A model generated the notes under the pieces. That model made no database searches and had not been told where the DNA came from. It saw nothing but the letters and a program-made list of their open reading frames with translations. The translations under genes and the position numbers were made by a program. This document shows positions 26,817 through 35,592 of a DNA stretch of 42,550 bases, in pieces. This DNA comes from a virus (lineage: Duplodnaviria > Caudoviricetes): positions 1 to 42,550 of IMG/VR virus record IMGVR_UViG_3300024232_000025. One strand, given 5' to 3'. Numbering within the stretch: the stretch's first letter is position 1; every line of letters starts with the position of its first letter.

Positions 26817-27833
26817 CTAGTTGGGTCGGGCAGCACTGAACACCACGTGTATGGAGTCCTGTGTTGACCAATATGCGGTCACCTCGGCTTCACTCTTGCT
26901 GATGGAGATCGTCCCACCTGTTGGGGTGTACATAGCGAACCCGCCGCCAACATCGTACAGGGCGTCTACAAACGCTGACCACAGTATGAAGAACTGTTCG
27001 GGTGAGGTTGTCTGAAACACTGGATTCTCTATGTCCCAGTCATATCCGTCCCTGTACTTCTTGTTGGGCCTGAAGCCCCACTCGAATAGCATAGGGCTGG
27101 TACTGTGAGCCCCAAACTCGCTGTCGCAGATTCCGCCCCACTTACAGGCCCCATGCATGGTTATCAAGGGTATATGGGTTGGGTTGCCTGGGGCATTCAT
27201 GTAGGCGTGATTCATTGCGGCTAGACTGAACCTGGACAGGTCTGTGCCGTATCGGTCCTCCCCAGGTTGTCCACTGTCGGTCTTGTGCCGGAAGTCCTGG
27301 TAGTATACGCTGAGCGGGTCATAGAGTCCCTCTGAATCGTGCAGCTTGTCCAGAAGCTTGTCGTTCTGTCCGTTGGAGGGGTTCACCTGTTTTACGAGCA
27401 CCCTGTGCTTTACCCACTTAGAGGCCGTAGAGAGAGTGGGATTTTCAGGTTTCCAGATGAAGGACACCTCACCAGCAAACTCGGTAAGCTGGAACACAAA
27501 GTCTACACAGCCCGTTGGGCCTGTCCTCTGCCTGCTCACCGTCTCACCTGGAGTACCGCCGAGGGTTGTCACAAATTCTCCCCTAGCGCGGGTCATCCCG
27601 CCTATCTCGTGGGTGTGTCCTCCTGCGCCCTTCACATCTATGTCTGTGGCATTGATCCACTCGTTTGGAATCGGCACAGGAATATACCCGTTGGGGCCAA
27701 GCACTTGGGTTGTCAGGCAGGTGTGCTGTAGAATCTTCTCTCCTGGGTAGTAGTCCCTGCCGTCCTCTGGTTGAGCCTGCAATGCCAATACGAGCAACAG
27801 GCATAGAAACGCTGATGTAAGTAGACGTGTCAT
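26817..27833 (-). CDS. exported protein of unknown function
   Basis: Sec-type signal peptide MTRLLTSAFLCLLLVLALQA-Q. Confidence 0.7.
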   Translation of the reverse strand: MTRLLTSAFLCLLLVLALQAQPEDGRDYYPGEKILQHTCLTTQVLGPNGYIPVPIPNEWINATDIDVKGAGGHTHEIGGMTRARGEFVTTLGGTPGETVSRQRTGPTGCVDFVFQLTEFAGEVSFIWKPENPTLSTASKWVKHRVLVKQVNPSNGQNDKLLDKLHDSEGLYDPLSVYYQDFRHKTDSGQPGEDRYGTDLSRFSLAAMNHAYMNAPGNPTHIPLITMHGACKWGGICDSEFGAHSTSPMLFEWGFRPNKKYRDGYDWDIENPVFQTTSPEQFFILWSAFVDALYDVGGGFAMYTPTGGTISISKSEAEVTAYWSTQDSIHVVFSAARPN

Positions 27834-27875
27834 TTTTCTCTCTCTCTCTCTTTTCCTGAAGTGTAATAATTACGG

Positions 27876-29558
27876 TTACTGTGCTGGCCAAGGTGAAGCG
27901 GGTACGCCTTGCGAGTTCTGTGACCAGTACGGCACTCCATTGACAAAGTTGTCCTTGGGCAGAGTCATGATGAAGCCGTCAGATGCGGGGCCTGTTGGTT
28001 CACCTGGGTTACTGGGTGGAGTACCTCCTCCATTGGTGCCCATGTTCCCCACATAGACCAGCACCGAGAAGGAGCCGAAGTATTCAGCGCCCATGTTGAG
28101 TGAGAAGTTACCCTGTGAGTCGGTATTGCCCACAAGCCAGCCGCCAGTGAGATTACTGCCAGACGGAGGGGAGTAAAGGGTGATGGGGGTGTTGGCAAGT
28201 CGTGGCTTGATGTACTGGTAACGCTGCGCGGGCACAGACCAAGGAGCTTGCTGCCAAATCCTAGCCCAAACCTGTTGGTTAGGTGTGGCATTCTTGACCA
28301 CGAGGGTTAAGGTCTGCCCAGCCTGAACTATTCGATACCCACCCTGCAAGTAGGCTACCTGCTTGGGCCTGTCGCTGGTGGCTATAGGCCTGTCGGTTCC
28401 AGTGTATTGGTCAGGTCCGTACACAGGAGCCGTAGAGGAGCCCGCTGTATAGGTGATGTTGAGCGGATTGGATGGCGGCGCGTATTGTGTAATCTCGAAG
28501 TTCACAGAGTATATTCTACCGCCACTCCACGACGTTCCATCATTGAAGCCGCTGAAGTCATAGGAGGTGGTGAAGGCTTGGTTGATGCCTGGGTAGTGTG
28601 ATCCAGACATCAGAGCCGTGCCGTACTGCGCTGTTGCCCTGTCAAAGGAGATAGTACCCAGGCTGGTGTTAGTGGCCGAGCCGTCATACCAACCCCAGTA
28701 GGTTGAGGTGGTAACCGCTGAGGTTCCAGCCACAGGTTCAAAGGCGTATGTGTTGATGCCAGTCGCCTGAATGGTACGGGTTGTGCCCACTCCAGACACT
28801 ACCCAGCTAGCCCCTGATTTGGTCCAGAGCACGGGGGTGATGGTGTGGCCTATCATGCCAGAGCTACCACGGGAGCCAGCATAGAAGCTCCAATTGCCGG
28901 CATAGCCAGAGGTTGCAAAGGGCTTGTTATTGGCCCACAGCAACCCGCTGGAGGTGTCGGTGATCTCCCGCTCCACAGGCTGGTACTCGCCGGGAACGTT
29001 GGGGCCAGAGGGGGCGTTAACCGTTATGTCGCCGTTTTGGCTGTGGAACCATCCAGTGGTGCCATCGAGGTTAGTTCCTGATTGATAGTTCATGTCCTGC
29101 AACAGTCCATACACGGTTCTCACGCCGTTGTACAAGGGCTTGAACGCAAGATTGGCCTTCAGGAGTGCCCCCGTTGTGCCCTGGTACACTTCAGAGGTAT
29201 TGAACACTTCTAGCTTACAGCGGCTGTTCTCCACTGTGTTGTTAGACCCTACAGGGAATCCACCAAGCCACTGCGTGTAGTTGTCATCCAGGAGATAGAT
29301 GACAGTGTGGAATTGCACCAGCACTACACAGTTGTTATTCCACACATCTGGACGGCCAACAACAATGAATTGGTTAAGTAAGTCATTCATGCCCTTGGGC
29401 GCCACGCCATTTAGCTCAAAGTGGGCATAAGCCCCACCTTGGCTGCTTACCCATGTGAGGCCGTAAACTGCGGGGGGTTGCGGGCCGATTTGCGCTACCG
29501 CCACGAACGACAAGAGCGTGAGCAGTAGAGCGGAAACTATCTTAAACGTTTTGTGCAT
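27876..29558 (-). CDS. exported beta-rich multidomain protein
   Basis: Signal peptide MHKTFKIVSALLLTLLSFVAVA-Q. Gly/Ser/Thr/Tyr-rich extracellular composition. Confidence 0.75.
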   Translation of the reverse strand: MHKTFKIVSALLLTLLSFVAVAQIGPQPPAVYGLTWVSSQGGAYAHFELNGVAPKGMNDLLNQFIVVGRPDVWNNNCVVLVQFHTVIYLLDDNYTQWLGGFPVGSNNTVENSRCKLEVFNTSEVYQGTTGALLKANLAFKPLYNGVRTVYGLLQDMNYQSGTNLDGTTGWFHSQNGDITVNAPSGPNVPGEYQPVEREITDTSSGLLWANNKPFATSGYAGNWSFYAGSRGSSGMIGHTITPVLWTKSGASWVVSGVGTTRTIQATGINTYAFEPVAGTSAVTTSTYWGWYDGSATNTSLGTISFDRATAQYGTALMSGSHYPGINQAFTTSYDFSGFNDGTSWSGGRIYSVNFEITQYAPPSNPLNITYTAGSSTAPVYGPDQYTGTDRPIATSDRPKQVAYLQGGYRIVQAGQTLTLVVKNATPNQQVWARIWQQAPWSVPAQRYQYIKPRLANTPITLYSPPSGSNLTGGWLVGNTDSQGNFSLNMGAEYFGSFSVLVYVGNMGTNGGGTPPSNPGEPTGPASDGFIMTLPKDNFVNGVPYWSQNSQGVPASPWPAQ

Positions 29559-29642
29559 GTTTTCTCTCTTTCGGAAACTGTAATAATTACGGCTGGGAGC
29601 CCGTTACAGCCCCCAGCCACGGGACCAACCAACTCCAACTAA

Positions 29643-30179
29643 CTACACATTCGGTACGAATTCGCCGAACGTCACTTCACCGATCGCCGCGCCCTGAGCC
29701 GGATCGTAGATGTCCAGTATCCCAGTGTTAACGATGTCGGTCTTGCCTTCACCCAGGTCACCATCGGCGTCAACCGTAATAATTACGGATTGCACCGGGG
29801 TGTCTTCGGGAACAGCCGCAGTCACGATCCCGCAACTGAGGCCATCGGCCGAAGGGGTGAGGGTTACAAATTCGGCGGGTTCTGCGGACCAAGTGGGCGG
29901 ACCATCGGTGCGGCCCTTGCCACCAGTCGCGTTCTTGTAGGCTACCGTTGCGGTGCCCGTAGAGTTCATCGGTACTTTCATCTGAACGTTTACTCCTTCT
30001 TTTGTGATTCCCTCGAACGTTACCACCAGCACTCCACTTACGGCTGGCGGCAGGGTAACAGCAGCTAAAATCTCGTCTAACTTGACAGTGTGCTCAGCGA
30101 GGATCTTGTCCACCTGATCAAACCGCGCCATTATCCGATCTTCCATCTGCTGCATAGCTTCAAGTAACTCAGCAAACAT
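29643..30179 (-). CDS. acidic protein with N-terminal coiled coil and Ig-like domain
   Basis: PTWSAEPAEFVTLTPSADGLSC...ITVDADGDLGEG pattern. GAGGTG RBS. Confidence 0.6.
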   Translation of the reverse strand: MFAELLEAMQQMEDRIMARFDQVDKILAEHTVKLDEILAAVTLPPAVSGVLVVTFEGITKEGVNVQMKVPMNSTGTATVAYKNATGGKGRTDGPPTWSAEPAEFVTLTPSADGLSCGIVTAAVPEDTPVQSVIITVDADGDLGEGKTDIVNTGILDIYDPAQGAAIGEVTFGEFVPNV

Positions 30180-30205
30180 GCTAATTCACCTCTTCTATTC
30201 TATAC

Positions 30206-30427
30206 CTAGTACGGCCCTAACCCTCCTTTGTGTTTACGGGATAGCCTTATCCCATCTTTGAGGAACTGGCGTATCACGGCTGCTGCGGCTGCGTTGATCT
30301 CGCCCAGCTTTGCCATGCGGTCCAGTCTCCCCCTGAGAGCTTTACGCGCTGCCTGAGCCCCCAGATTCTTGTAGTGCCGCTCCACATCGGGCGGCAGCTT
30401 GTATCGTTTAATATCCTCTGTCGTCAT
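30206..30427 (-). CDS. hypothetical protein
   Basis: In-operon ORF with overlapping start/stop. Confidence 0.6.
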   Translation of the reverse strand: MTTEDIKRYKLPPDVERHYKNLGAQAARKALRGRLDRMAKLGEINAAAAAVIRQFLKDGIRLSRKHKGGLGPY

Positions 30428-30639
30428 ACTCCCCCTTTCAAACCTGTACAGCGCTTGAGCCTTGAGGCTTCCAACCAGTTGTGTCTGAGCGCGTTTCTAA
30501 TATCTGGTCCACACACACTCATGGACCGCTCATATGCGTCTTTAGCCTCTGCTACTTCCAAGCAGTTCTCGCACTTGCCGCAGTCCTTCTCATTCGCCAC
30601 TGACCACCGCGCGGCCTTAGCTTTGATGGTGTCTCTCAT
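30424..30639 (-). CDS. hypothetical protein (CxxCxxC)
   Basis: In-operon ORF with ATGA overlaps. Confidence 0.6.
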   Translation of the reverse strand: MRDTIKAKAARWSVANEKDCGKCENCLEVAEAKDAYERSMSVCGPDIRNALRHNWLEASRLKRCTGLKGGV

Positions 30640-30821
30640 CCATGCACCTGTCCTAATGCCTCTTTCAGCTTGTGCCTTAGATCTGCTGGTAGTCTGTCTG
30701 TGTCGATAATCAGTCCACGGGGGCAGATAGCCGAGCCTGTTATTGACTTGTTTAGTTCGGCCTTATCCTCCTCCGTGAATTGTTCTCTGATGCGTTCCCA
30801 AATCATGTCACGTAAGAGCAT
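30636..30821 (-). CDS. hypothetical protein
   Basis: GGAGGT RBS. In-operon position. Confidence 0.6.
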   Translation of the reverse strand: MLLRDMIWERIREQFTEEDKAELNKSITGSAICPRGLIIDTDRLPADLRHKLKEALGQVHG

Positions 30822-30824
30822 TTG

Positions 30825-31196
30825 TCACCTCCACACTGACCCAAGCACGCGTACCAAGCGGCTGATGCTCTCACCCTTACGGATCTTGAGTGCTGAGTTG
30901 GACATGTTGAAGACGTAGGTGAACAGGTCCCCGTCCTCTACGGGACCAGCCTGCACGATGAGGTTATGGCTCACCATCACCAGAGGCTCAGCGACAAGCA
31001 TCACAAGGCTGTGGGCTGTGTCCACCTCTGCCCCATTACGTAGGGTATAGGAGGAGGTAAGCGCCATCCCGTGAGGTATGCGGGCTTGGCAGAGTGCCGG
31101 GATGTGGACACTGTGAACCGCTGCAAGCCTATAGGGTTCATGGTCCATCTCCACGAGCGGGGATACTTCTGTTGTGCTAGCTAGTACATGGAACAT
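30825..31196 (-). CDS. degenerate dUTPase-like protein
   Basis: C-terminal GDLFTYVFNMSNSALKIRKGESISRLV resembles dUTPase motif 4. Catalytic motifs are not recognisable. Confidence 0.45.
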   Translation of the reverse strand: MFHVLASTTEVSPLVEMDHEPYRLAAVHSVHIPALCQARIPHGMALTSSYTLRNGAEVDTAHSLVMLVAEPLVMVSHNLIVQAGPVEDGDLFTYVFNMSNSALKIRKGESISRLVRVLGSVWR

Positions 31197-31882
31197 TATT
31201 TCACCGCCTCTATATTGAAGTGTCGCCCACCTGGAGAGGCAGAGTACCTGATAGCCTTGATCTTGAGGTTAGCCGCCGCCAGAAGTTGGAGCACCTCCTC
31301 ATACGAGTAGTGCCAGATATGCTCGTCCTTCCACTCGTCTAATGCGTGGTGACGGTTGTATACGGGAATGTCGATGAGCCTGGAGTAGTGCTTAGTGAGC
31401 TTGCCCCAGCTTGTCTGATCGGGCGTGGAGAGGTATAGAGTGCCATTGACCCGCATAGACTCCTCAATCTTCATGAGGGTGAGTAGTGGGTGAAAGTTGA
31501 GATGCTCCAGCACTTCCGTAATTATTACGGTGTCATACGTGTTGGGTGCCAGTGTCGGGCAGTTGCGCTCCACGTCGCCCTCAAGGGCAATGAGCTTGTA
31601 CTCGTCAATCACGGCCTGAGAGATAAAAGGTACACGGTCGAGCGTGGTCACCGAATTAGCGCCTAGCTTGGAGGAGTAGCAGGCAAGCGTACCATAGCCA
31701 GGACCAATGTCCAGCACATCCCCCAGACCGCCTACATTGTTCACCCGCAAATAGTACAGCCATACTGGAATAGAGCCAATGTAGCCGCCCTCTTCGCCTG
31801 AGTACTTCTGGGTGTAGTAGTGCTCCTGTCCATATAAGGTCACTAGTCTCTGTTGCACTTTCCTAAACAGCCTTGTCATCAA
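31196..31882 (-). CDS. class I SAM-dependent methyltransferase
   Basis: VLDIGPGYG, YDTVIITEVLEHL, GTLYLSTP and HIWHYS motifs. Confidence 0.88.
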   Translation of the reverse strand: MMTRLFRKVQQRLVTLYGQEHYYTQKYSGEEGGYIGSIPVWLYYLRVNNVGGLGDVLDIGPGYGTLACYSSKLGANSVTTLDRVPFISQAVIDEYKLIALEGDVERNCPTLAPNTYDTVIITEVLEHLNFHPLLTLMKIEESMRVNGTLYLSTPDQTSWGKLTKHYSRLIDIPVYNRHHALDEWKDEHIWHYSYEEVLQLLAAANLKIKAIRYSASPGGRHFNIEAVK

Positions 31883-32078
31883 ATAGCCCTCCTTGATTTG
31901 GGTCAGTTGTGGGAAGCACCTCCTCTACGATCACACTGGAGATTTCATCCGCAGTGACCGGAGGTAGGCCCCCATCATGCTCCTTGTATCGGATCTGCTC
32001 AAGTGTCCACTCTGCTGGCAGATCCAGGATCTTGGTGATCTTAATCTTACGTCTTTGATTCATCCGTGGTTCCGACAT
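31863..32078 (-). CDS. hypothetical protein
   Basis: In-operon ORF with GGAGG RBS. Confidence 0.55.
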   Translation of the reverse strand: MSEPRMNQRRKIKITKILDLPAEWTLEQIRYKEHDGGLPPVTADEISSVIVEEVLPTTDPNQGGLFDDKAV

Positions 32079-32325
32079 ACGCTCCTCCCTTGACCATATC
32101 TGGAATTAGTCCCGCTTCCATCAGAACCAAGTAATTGATTTCCACAACATGAGCGGCACACGCCTTCGCCAAAATAGTGGGGCTGGGGATCTGCTTGCCG
32201 TCGAAAGGAAAAGTAGGCCCAGGCTTGAGTGGGTCATTATAGCTGATGATGTACTCCACGGGGGCCTTGCAGTCCTTCACGAGGCATCTGGCGGGGGTGA
32301 TCTTTTTTACCTTTATCTGTCGCAT
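32047..32325 (-). CDS. hypothetical protein
   Basis: In-operon ORF. C..C...C..H motif. Confidence 0.55.
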   Translation of the reverse strand: MRQIKVKKITPARCLVKDCKAPVEYIISYNDPLKPGPTFPFDGKQIPSPTILAKACAAHVVEINYLVLMEAGLIPDMVKGGAYVGTTDESKT

Positions 32326-32371
32326 AAGTGTAATTATTACGGTCAGTCCAGGATCGGGGTCACCTCACCCC

Positions 32372-32851
32372 TCACGCTACAGCCTCATCCTCGTCCTCTG
32401 AGCCCTCCGCTGTGATACGCAGGGTGTAGCTGGGCTTCTCCGAGTAGCAGTCGTTGATCTGCGTCAGGGTCAGACCAAGAGCCTTGAGCTTCTCGATGTC
32501 CAGGTACTTCTTTGGTGCATTGTAGTAGTTAATGCGCCAGTCCCCACAGATGGCCTTGCCGATTTGGGCCTTGCCCACGATCTTCTTAATCTTCTCGGTC
32601 AGAGCCTTCTGCTCCTTCTCCAGTGGCCTCTTGGCGTCTCCAATCTCGCCATGCCGAGCCACCAGACGGGCAAGCTCTAGCTTAGTCTTGGCGTCCTTGA
32701 TGATCTCGGACACTTGGGGGATAGTCTCCTCCTCCTTCTCCGGGGGAGGCGCAGGCATCTCACGGGGCTGTGGGATGAGCGAGACGTTGGTACTGTTGGC
32801 AATCGCCCTGATGCGTTGGGCCACTGTCAGAACTTTCTCTTTAGGCGGCAT
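32372..32851 (-). CDS. hypothetical protein (coiled coil, acidic tail)
   Basis: GAAGGAG RBS before ATG 32851 (MPPKEKV). Confidence 0.65.
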   Translation of the reverse strand: MPPKEKVLTVAQRIRAIANSTNVSLIPQPREMPAPPPEKEEETIPQVSEIIKDAKTKLELARLVARHGEIGDAKRPLEKEQKALTEKIKKIVGKAQIGKAICGDWRINYYNAPKKYLDIEKLKALGLTLTQINDCYSEKPSYTLRITAEGSEDEDEAVA

Positions 32852-32879
32852 ATAATACACTCCTTCAATATCTAGTGTA

Positions 32880-33050
32880 TCAAACGTTTGTCTGGTTGTC
32901 AAGAGGTCCAAAAGTATGGTCTGGGGTTTCTTCGACCGTAATAATTACAGGTGTTGGAGGGCCATTCACGATTTTTTCGAGACGGTAGTACTCATCCAAC
33001 AGGTGCCGTATGCTGAGAGGCTCCCCAGCTTTGTTAGACATGTCGCTCAT
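32880..33050 (-). CDS. hypothetical protein
   Basis: ATG at 33050 overlaps the polymerase stop. Confidence 0.45.
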   Translation of the reverse strand: MSDMSNKAGEPLSIRHLLDEYYRLEKIVNGPPTPVIITVEETPDHTFGPLDNQTNV

Positions 33051-34540
33051 TTCGGTAGATCTCCCCATGTGTCCGCAGTGACGGCAGCGGCCACCAGCGG
33101 TACATCTTCATTCAGTCTGCAAACTGTTTCCATCCTGTAGACGCACACACCAGCCACATCATCCACGGTATCCTCCCGCGCCTCAAAGAGTAGCTCATCG
33201 TGGATCTGTAGCTCAGGATTGCATATCTCCCCGTACATCCCAGCCGCTATGAAGTCATCGTCAATCGCGGCCATGGCCAACTTGAGTGCACCCTGAGCCC
33301 CTCCCTGCATAGGCAGATTAGAGCCCTCACGTAATGCTCCCTCACATACCCACGGCAGCACTGAGCGTGCCGCAGTGATGTGCTGGCCCCGTCCCCAGCT
33401 ATCGCACATCATGGCCGTGCTCCGCATGTAGCGGTGATCCTCCAGGCGCATTTTCACCAGACCTGAGTACTGGAGGTAGAAGGCGTTAATCAGGTCTTGG
33501 CATTTGTTCTCACCCCACAGTGGGCGGAACTTGTAGCAGTTGTGCTTGACACACTGGGCGGGTACTGTATGGGGCTTGTCGGCCTCACAGAGCGGGCATA
33601 CAGCGGGCCTCTCACAGTTGCCACACATAACGGGCATCTGCTCCTGTAGCCCCCCAGCGGTCACGTCATAGATGGAAGCCAGTACGCAAGTCTTGGATGC
33701 TCTCCGCTGATCCTTGCTCACTCCTGGGTAGTGCCAGCCGCCCTCATCCTTGTACCGCTTGTCGGGTATGCGGAACGCAGACGTAGCAAAGTCGCTGTAC
33801 ACGTCCTCAGCATTGCGGTACACCCTGCACAGGTTAGGGTCCTTGCTCCTGTGTGCCGCCCAGCGTGGCTCAATCTGGGACAAGTCGATAGACACCTTCT
33901 TGTAGCCCTTGCGTGCTGGGAAGCCACATCGCACCTGACGCCCTCTCTCAGTGCGGGATGGCATAGCCAGCAAGTTAGGCTCGATACAGGACAGACGGCC
34001 AGAGGGTACCTTGGTGTTGCGGAAGTTGGGCATCATCCGCCGTTCACCGAAGGCTGTACGTATGGCCAGTTTGGGCATAGGGTCTACATAAGTGCCCTTG
34101 AGCTTCTCGTACTCCTTGTACTCCAGGCAGAGGCCCACGACAGGATGCTCGTGCTGGATGGCCGTGAGTACTTCGTCCTCCACCGACTCGCGGGAGCCTG
34201 AGTCTGTCATCTTGAGCTTGGCTTGCTTGAGGCCCATCTCCTTGAACAGGAGATTAGCAACCTGATCCCCCGAACCTGGGTTAATGTACTTCCCAGTGAC
34301 GCCGTGAATGTCCTCTATGACTCTCTCCATGTCCCTACCCAAGACGATGCTCATCTTGGCAAAGTGGCTCAGGTCAATGAGTAGTCCACGCTGAGCCATG
34401 CGCTTGATCATTGGCATAGCCCCTGCGTCGATCTTGTACACGTTCTTGGGGAACAGCCCCGATCGTTCTGGCAGTAAGCGCACGCCGTTATAGCACCGCT
34501 GGTATCGCGGGAGCCTAGTCTTGGAGATAACCGTGATCAT
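33047..34540 (-). CDS. polA: family A DNA polymerase, polymerase domain only
   Basis: SGRLSCIEPNL, motif A IDLSQIEPR, motif B RRASKTCVLASIY, motif C LQIHDELLFE. Confidence 0.92.
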   Translation of the reverse strand: MITVISKTRLPRYQRCYNGVRLLPERSGLFPKNVYKIDAGAMPMIKRMAQRGLLIDLSHFAKMSIVLGRDMERVIEDIHGVTGKYINPGSGDQVANLLFKEMGLKQAKLKMTDSGSRESVEDEVLTAIQHEHPVVGLCLEYKEYEKLKGTYVDPMPKLAIRTAFGERRMMPNFRNTKVPSGRLSCIEPNLLAMPSRTERGRQVRCGFPARKGYKKVSIDLSQIEPRWAAHRSKDPNLCRVYRNAEDVYSDFATSAFRIPDKRYKDEGGWHYPGVSKDQRRASKTCVLASIYDVTAGGLQEQMPVMCGNCERPAVCPLCEADKPHTVPAQCVKHNCYKFRPLWGENKCQDLINAFYLQYSGLVKMRLEDHRYMRSTAMMCDSWGRGQHITAARSVLPWVCEGALREGSNLPMQGGAQGALKLAMAAIDDDFIAAGMYGEICNPELQIHDELLFEAREDTVDDVAGVCVYRMETVCRLNEDVPLVAAAVTADTWGDLPK

Positions 34541-34731
34541 GCGTGCTCGATCAATTCGACTTGGATCTCTAGGCGCTCAGGGTGAGCACAGAGGAACACC
34601 CCCATGTGTGATTCATGGCAGCTTGGACAGAGAAAGGCCACATGTAAAGGCTTTTGCTCTCTTATGGCCTGTAGGCGACTGCCCATTAGCCCAAGCCAAG
34701 CCTGATAGGGCACTTTGACAGTGGTAATCAC
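34537..34731 (-). CDS. hypothetical protein (CPSC)
   Basis: In-operon ORF with overlapping start/stop. Confidence 0.55.
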   Translation of the reverse strand: MITTVKVPYQAWLGLMGSRLQAIREQKPLHVAFLCPSCHESHMGVFLCAHPERLEIQVELIEHA

Positions 34732-35168
34732 CGCTCGATCTCCAGGTACCCACGGTTAGGTTGCCAGCCAAGAGGACGCCAGTGAATGGTAAGCAAGTGG
34801 GGCTCAGGCACGACATATCCCCGCTCCCTGCCCGCTTCCTGGATAAGCCGCCAGTCCTTAGGCTGGAACCAGTCAGTGAACTTGTAGGTTTTCTGATGGT
34901 TGACGCACAGGGGCACACCAATGAGGTAGGTGGGTTTGTCGGTCTCCACCTGTTTGTTGACGTTGGCCTTGTACTCGTCAGTCATGCGCTCGTATTGATC
35001 AATGATCACGTTGCGGTTAAGCTGAGCCTTGCTCATGATCAGTGGGTTATTGACAAGCTCACGGTTGATTGTGGGCTTGTGGAGCCCCACCGTCCTGTAG
35101 GTGGGGATAGCGATTACGGGCACTACGCTAGCTTGGAGTCTGCATGTGGGGTACTCACAGACGGGCAT
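34728..35168 (-). CDS. hypothetical protein
   Basis: AAGGAG RBS. 146 aa. Confidence 0.65.
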   Translation of the reverse strand: MPVCEYPTCRLQASVVPVIAIPTYRTVGLHKPTINRELVNNPLIMSKAQLNRNVIIDQYERMTDEYKANVNKQVETDKPTYLIGVPLCVNHQKTYKFTDWFQPKDWRLIQEAGRERGYVVPEPHLLTIHWRPLGWQPNRGYLEIER

Positions 35169-35295
35169 TTAGCTCTCCTTGATATCCCGCTCAAGCTGGG
35201 TGATAAACACATCCGCCGTGGTGTAGCAGTTAGACACATCCCAATTGCCAAATCGCAGCCTGAGGATAAAAGCTAGCACGCTGCGTATGTATGGC

Positions 35296-35592
35296 TTACC
35301 CTGCTTTAGTGTGGCTAGATCTACTTCTTTGTTCGTGGGCACTTTGGATCTCCTTTTTCGTAATTATTACGGTTTCTGCTGCTTCAATGTCTGCTTTCAG
35401 CTTGTCCCAATCCAGCGGGACCATGCCATCCCAGCGCAAGGCTGGGCAGAAGGTAAACAGACAATACCCTTCCGTGTGGATGATGGGGTACAGTAGGCCG
35501 AGCTTACGGAGAGCATACCAGCGTGCCATCATCTTGCATTCGGCTTCTGTCCACTCTCCTAGCATTGTCTTGCGTGGTAGCTGTGACTTCAT
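35296..35592 (-). CDS. hypothetical protein
   Basis: ATG at 35592 overlaps the upstream stop. Confidence 0.55.
   Translation of the reverse strand: MKSQLPRKTMLGEWTEAECKMMARWYALRKLGLLYPIIHTEGYCLFTFCPALRWDGMVPLDWDKLKADIEAAETVIITKKEIQSAHEQRSRSSHTKAG

Noticed and set aside
34529-34545. Possible degenerate palindrome copy ACCGTGATCATGCG at the PolA start
   Set aside because: Too many mismatches to the otherwise invariant core, so it was not counted.
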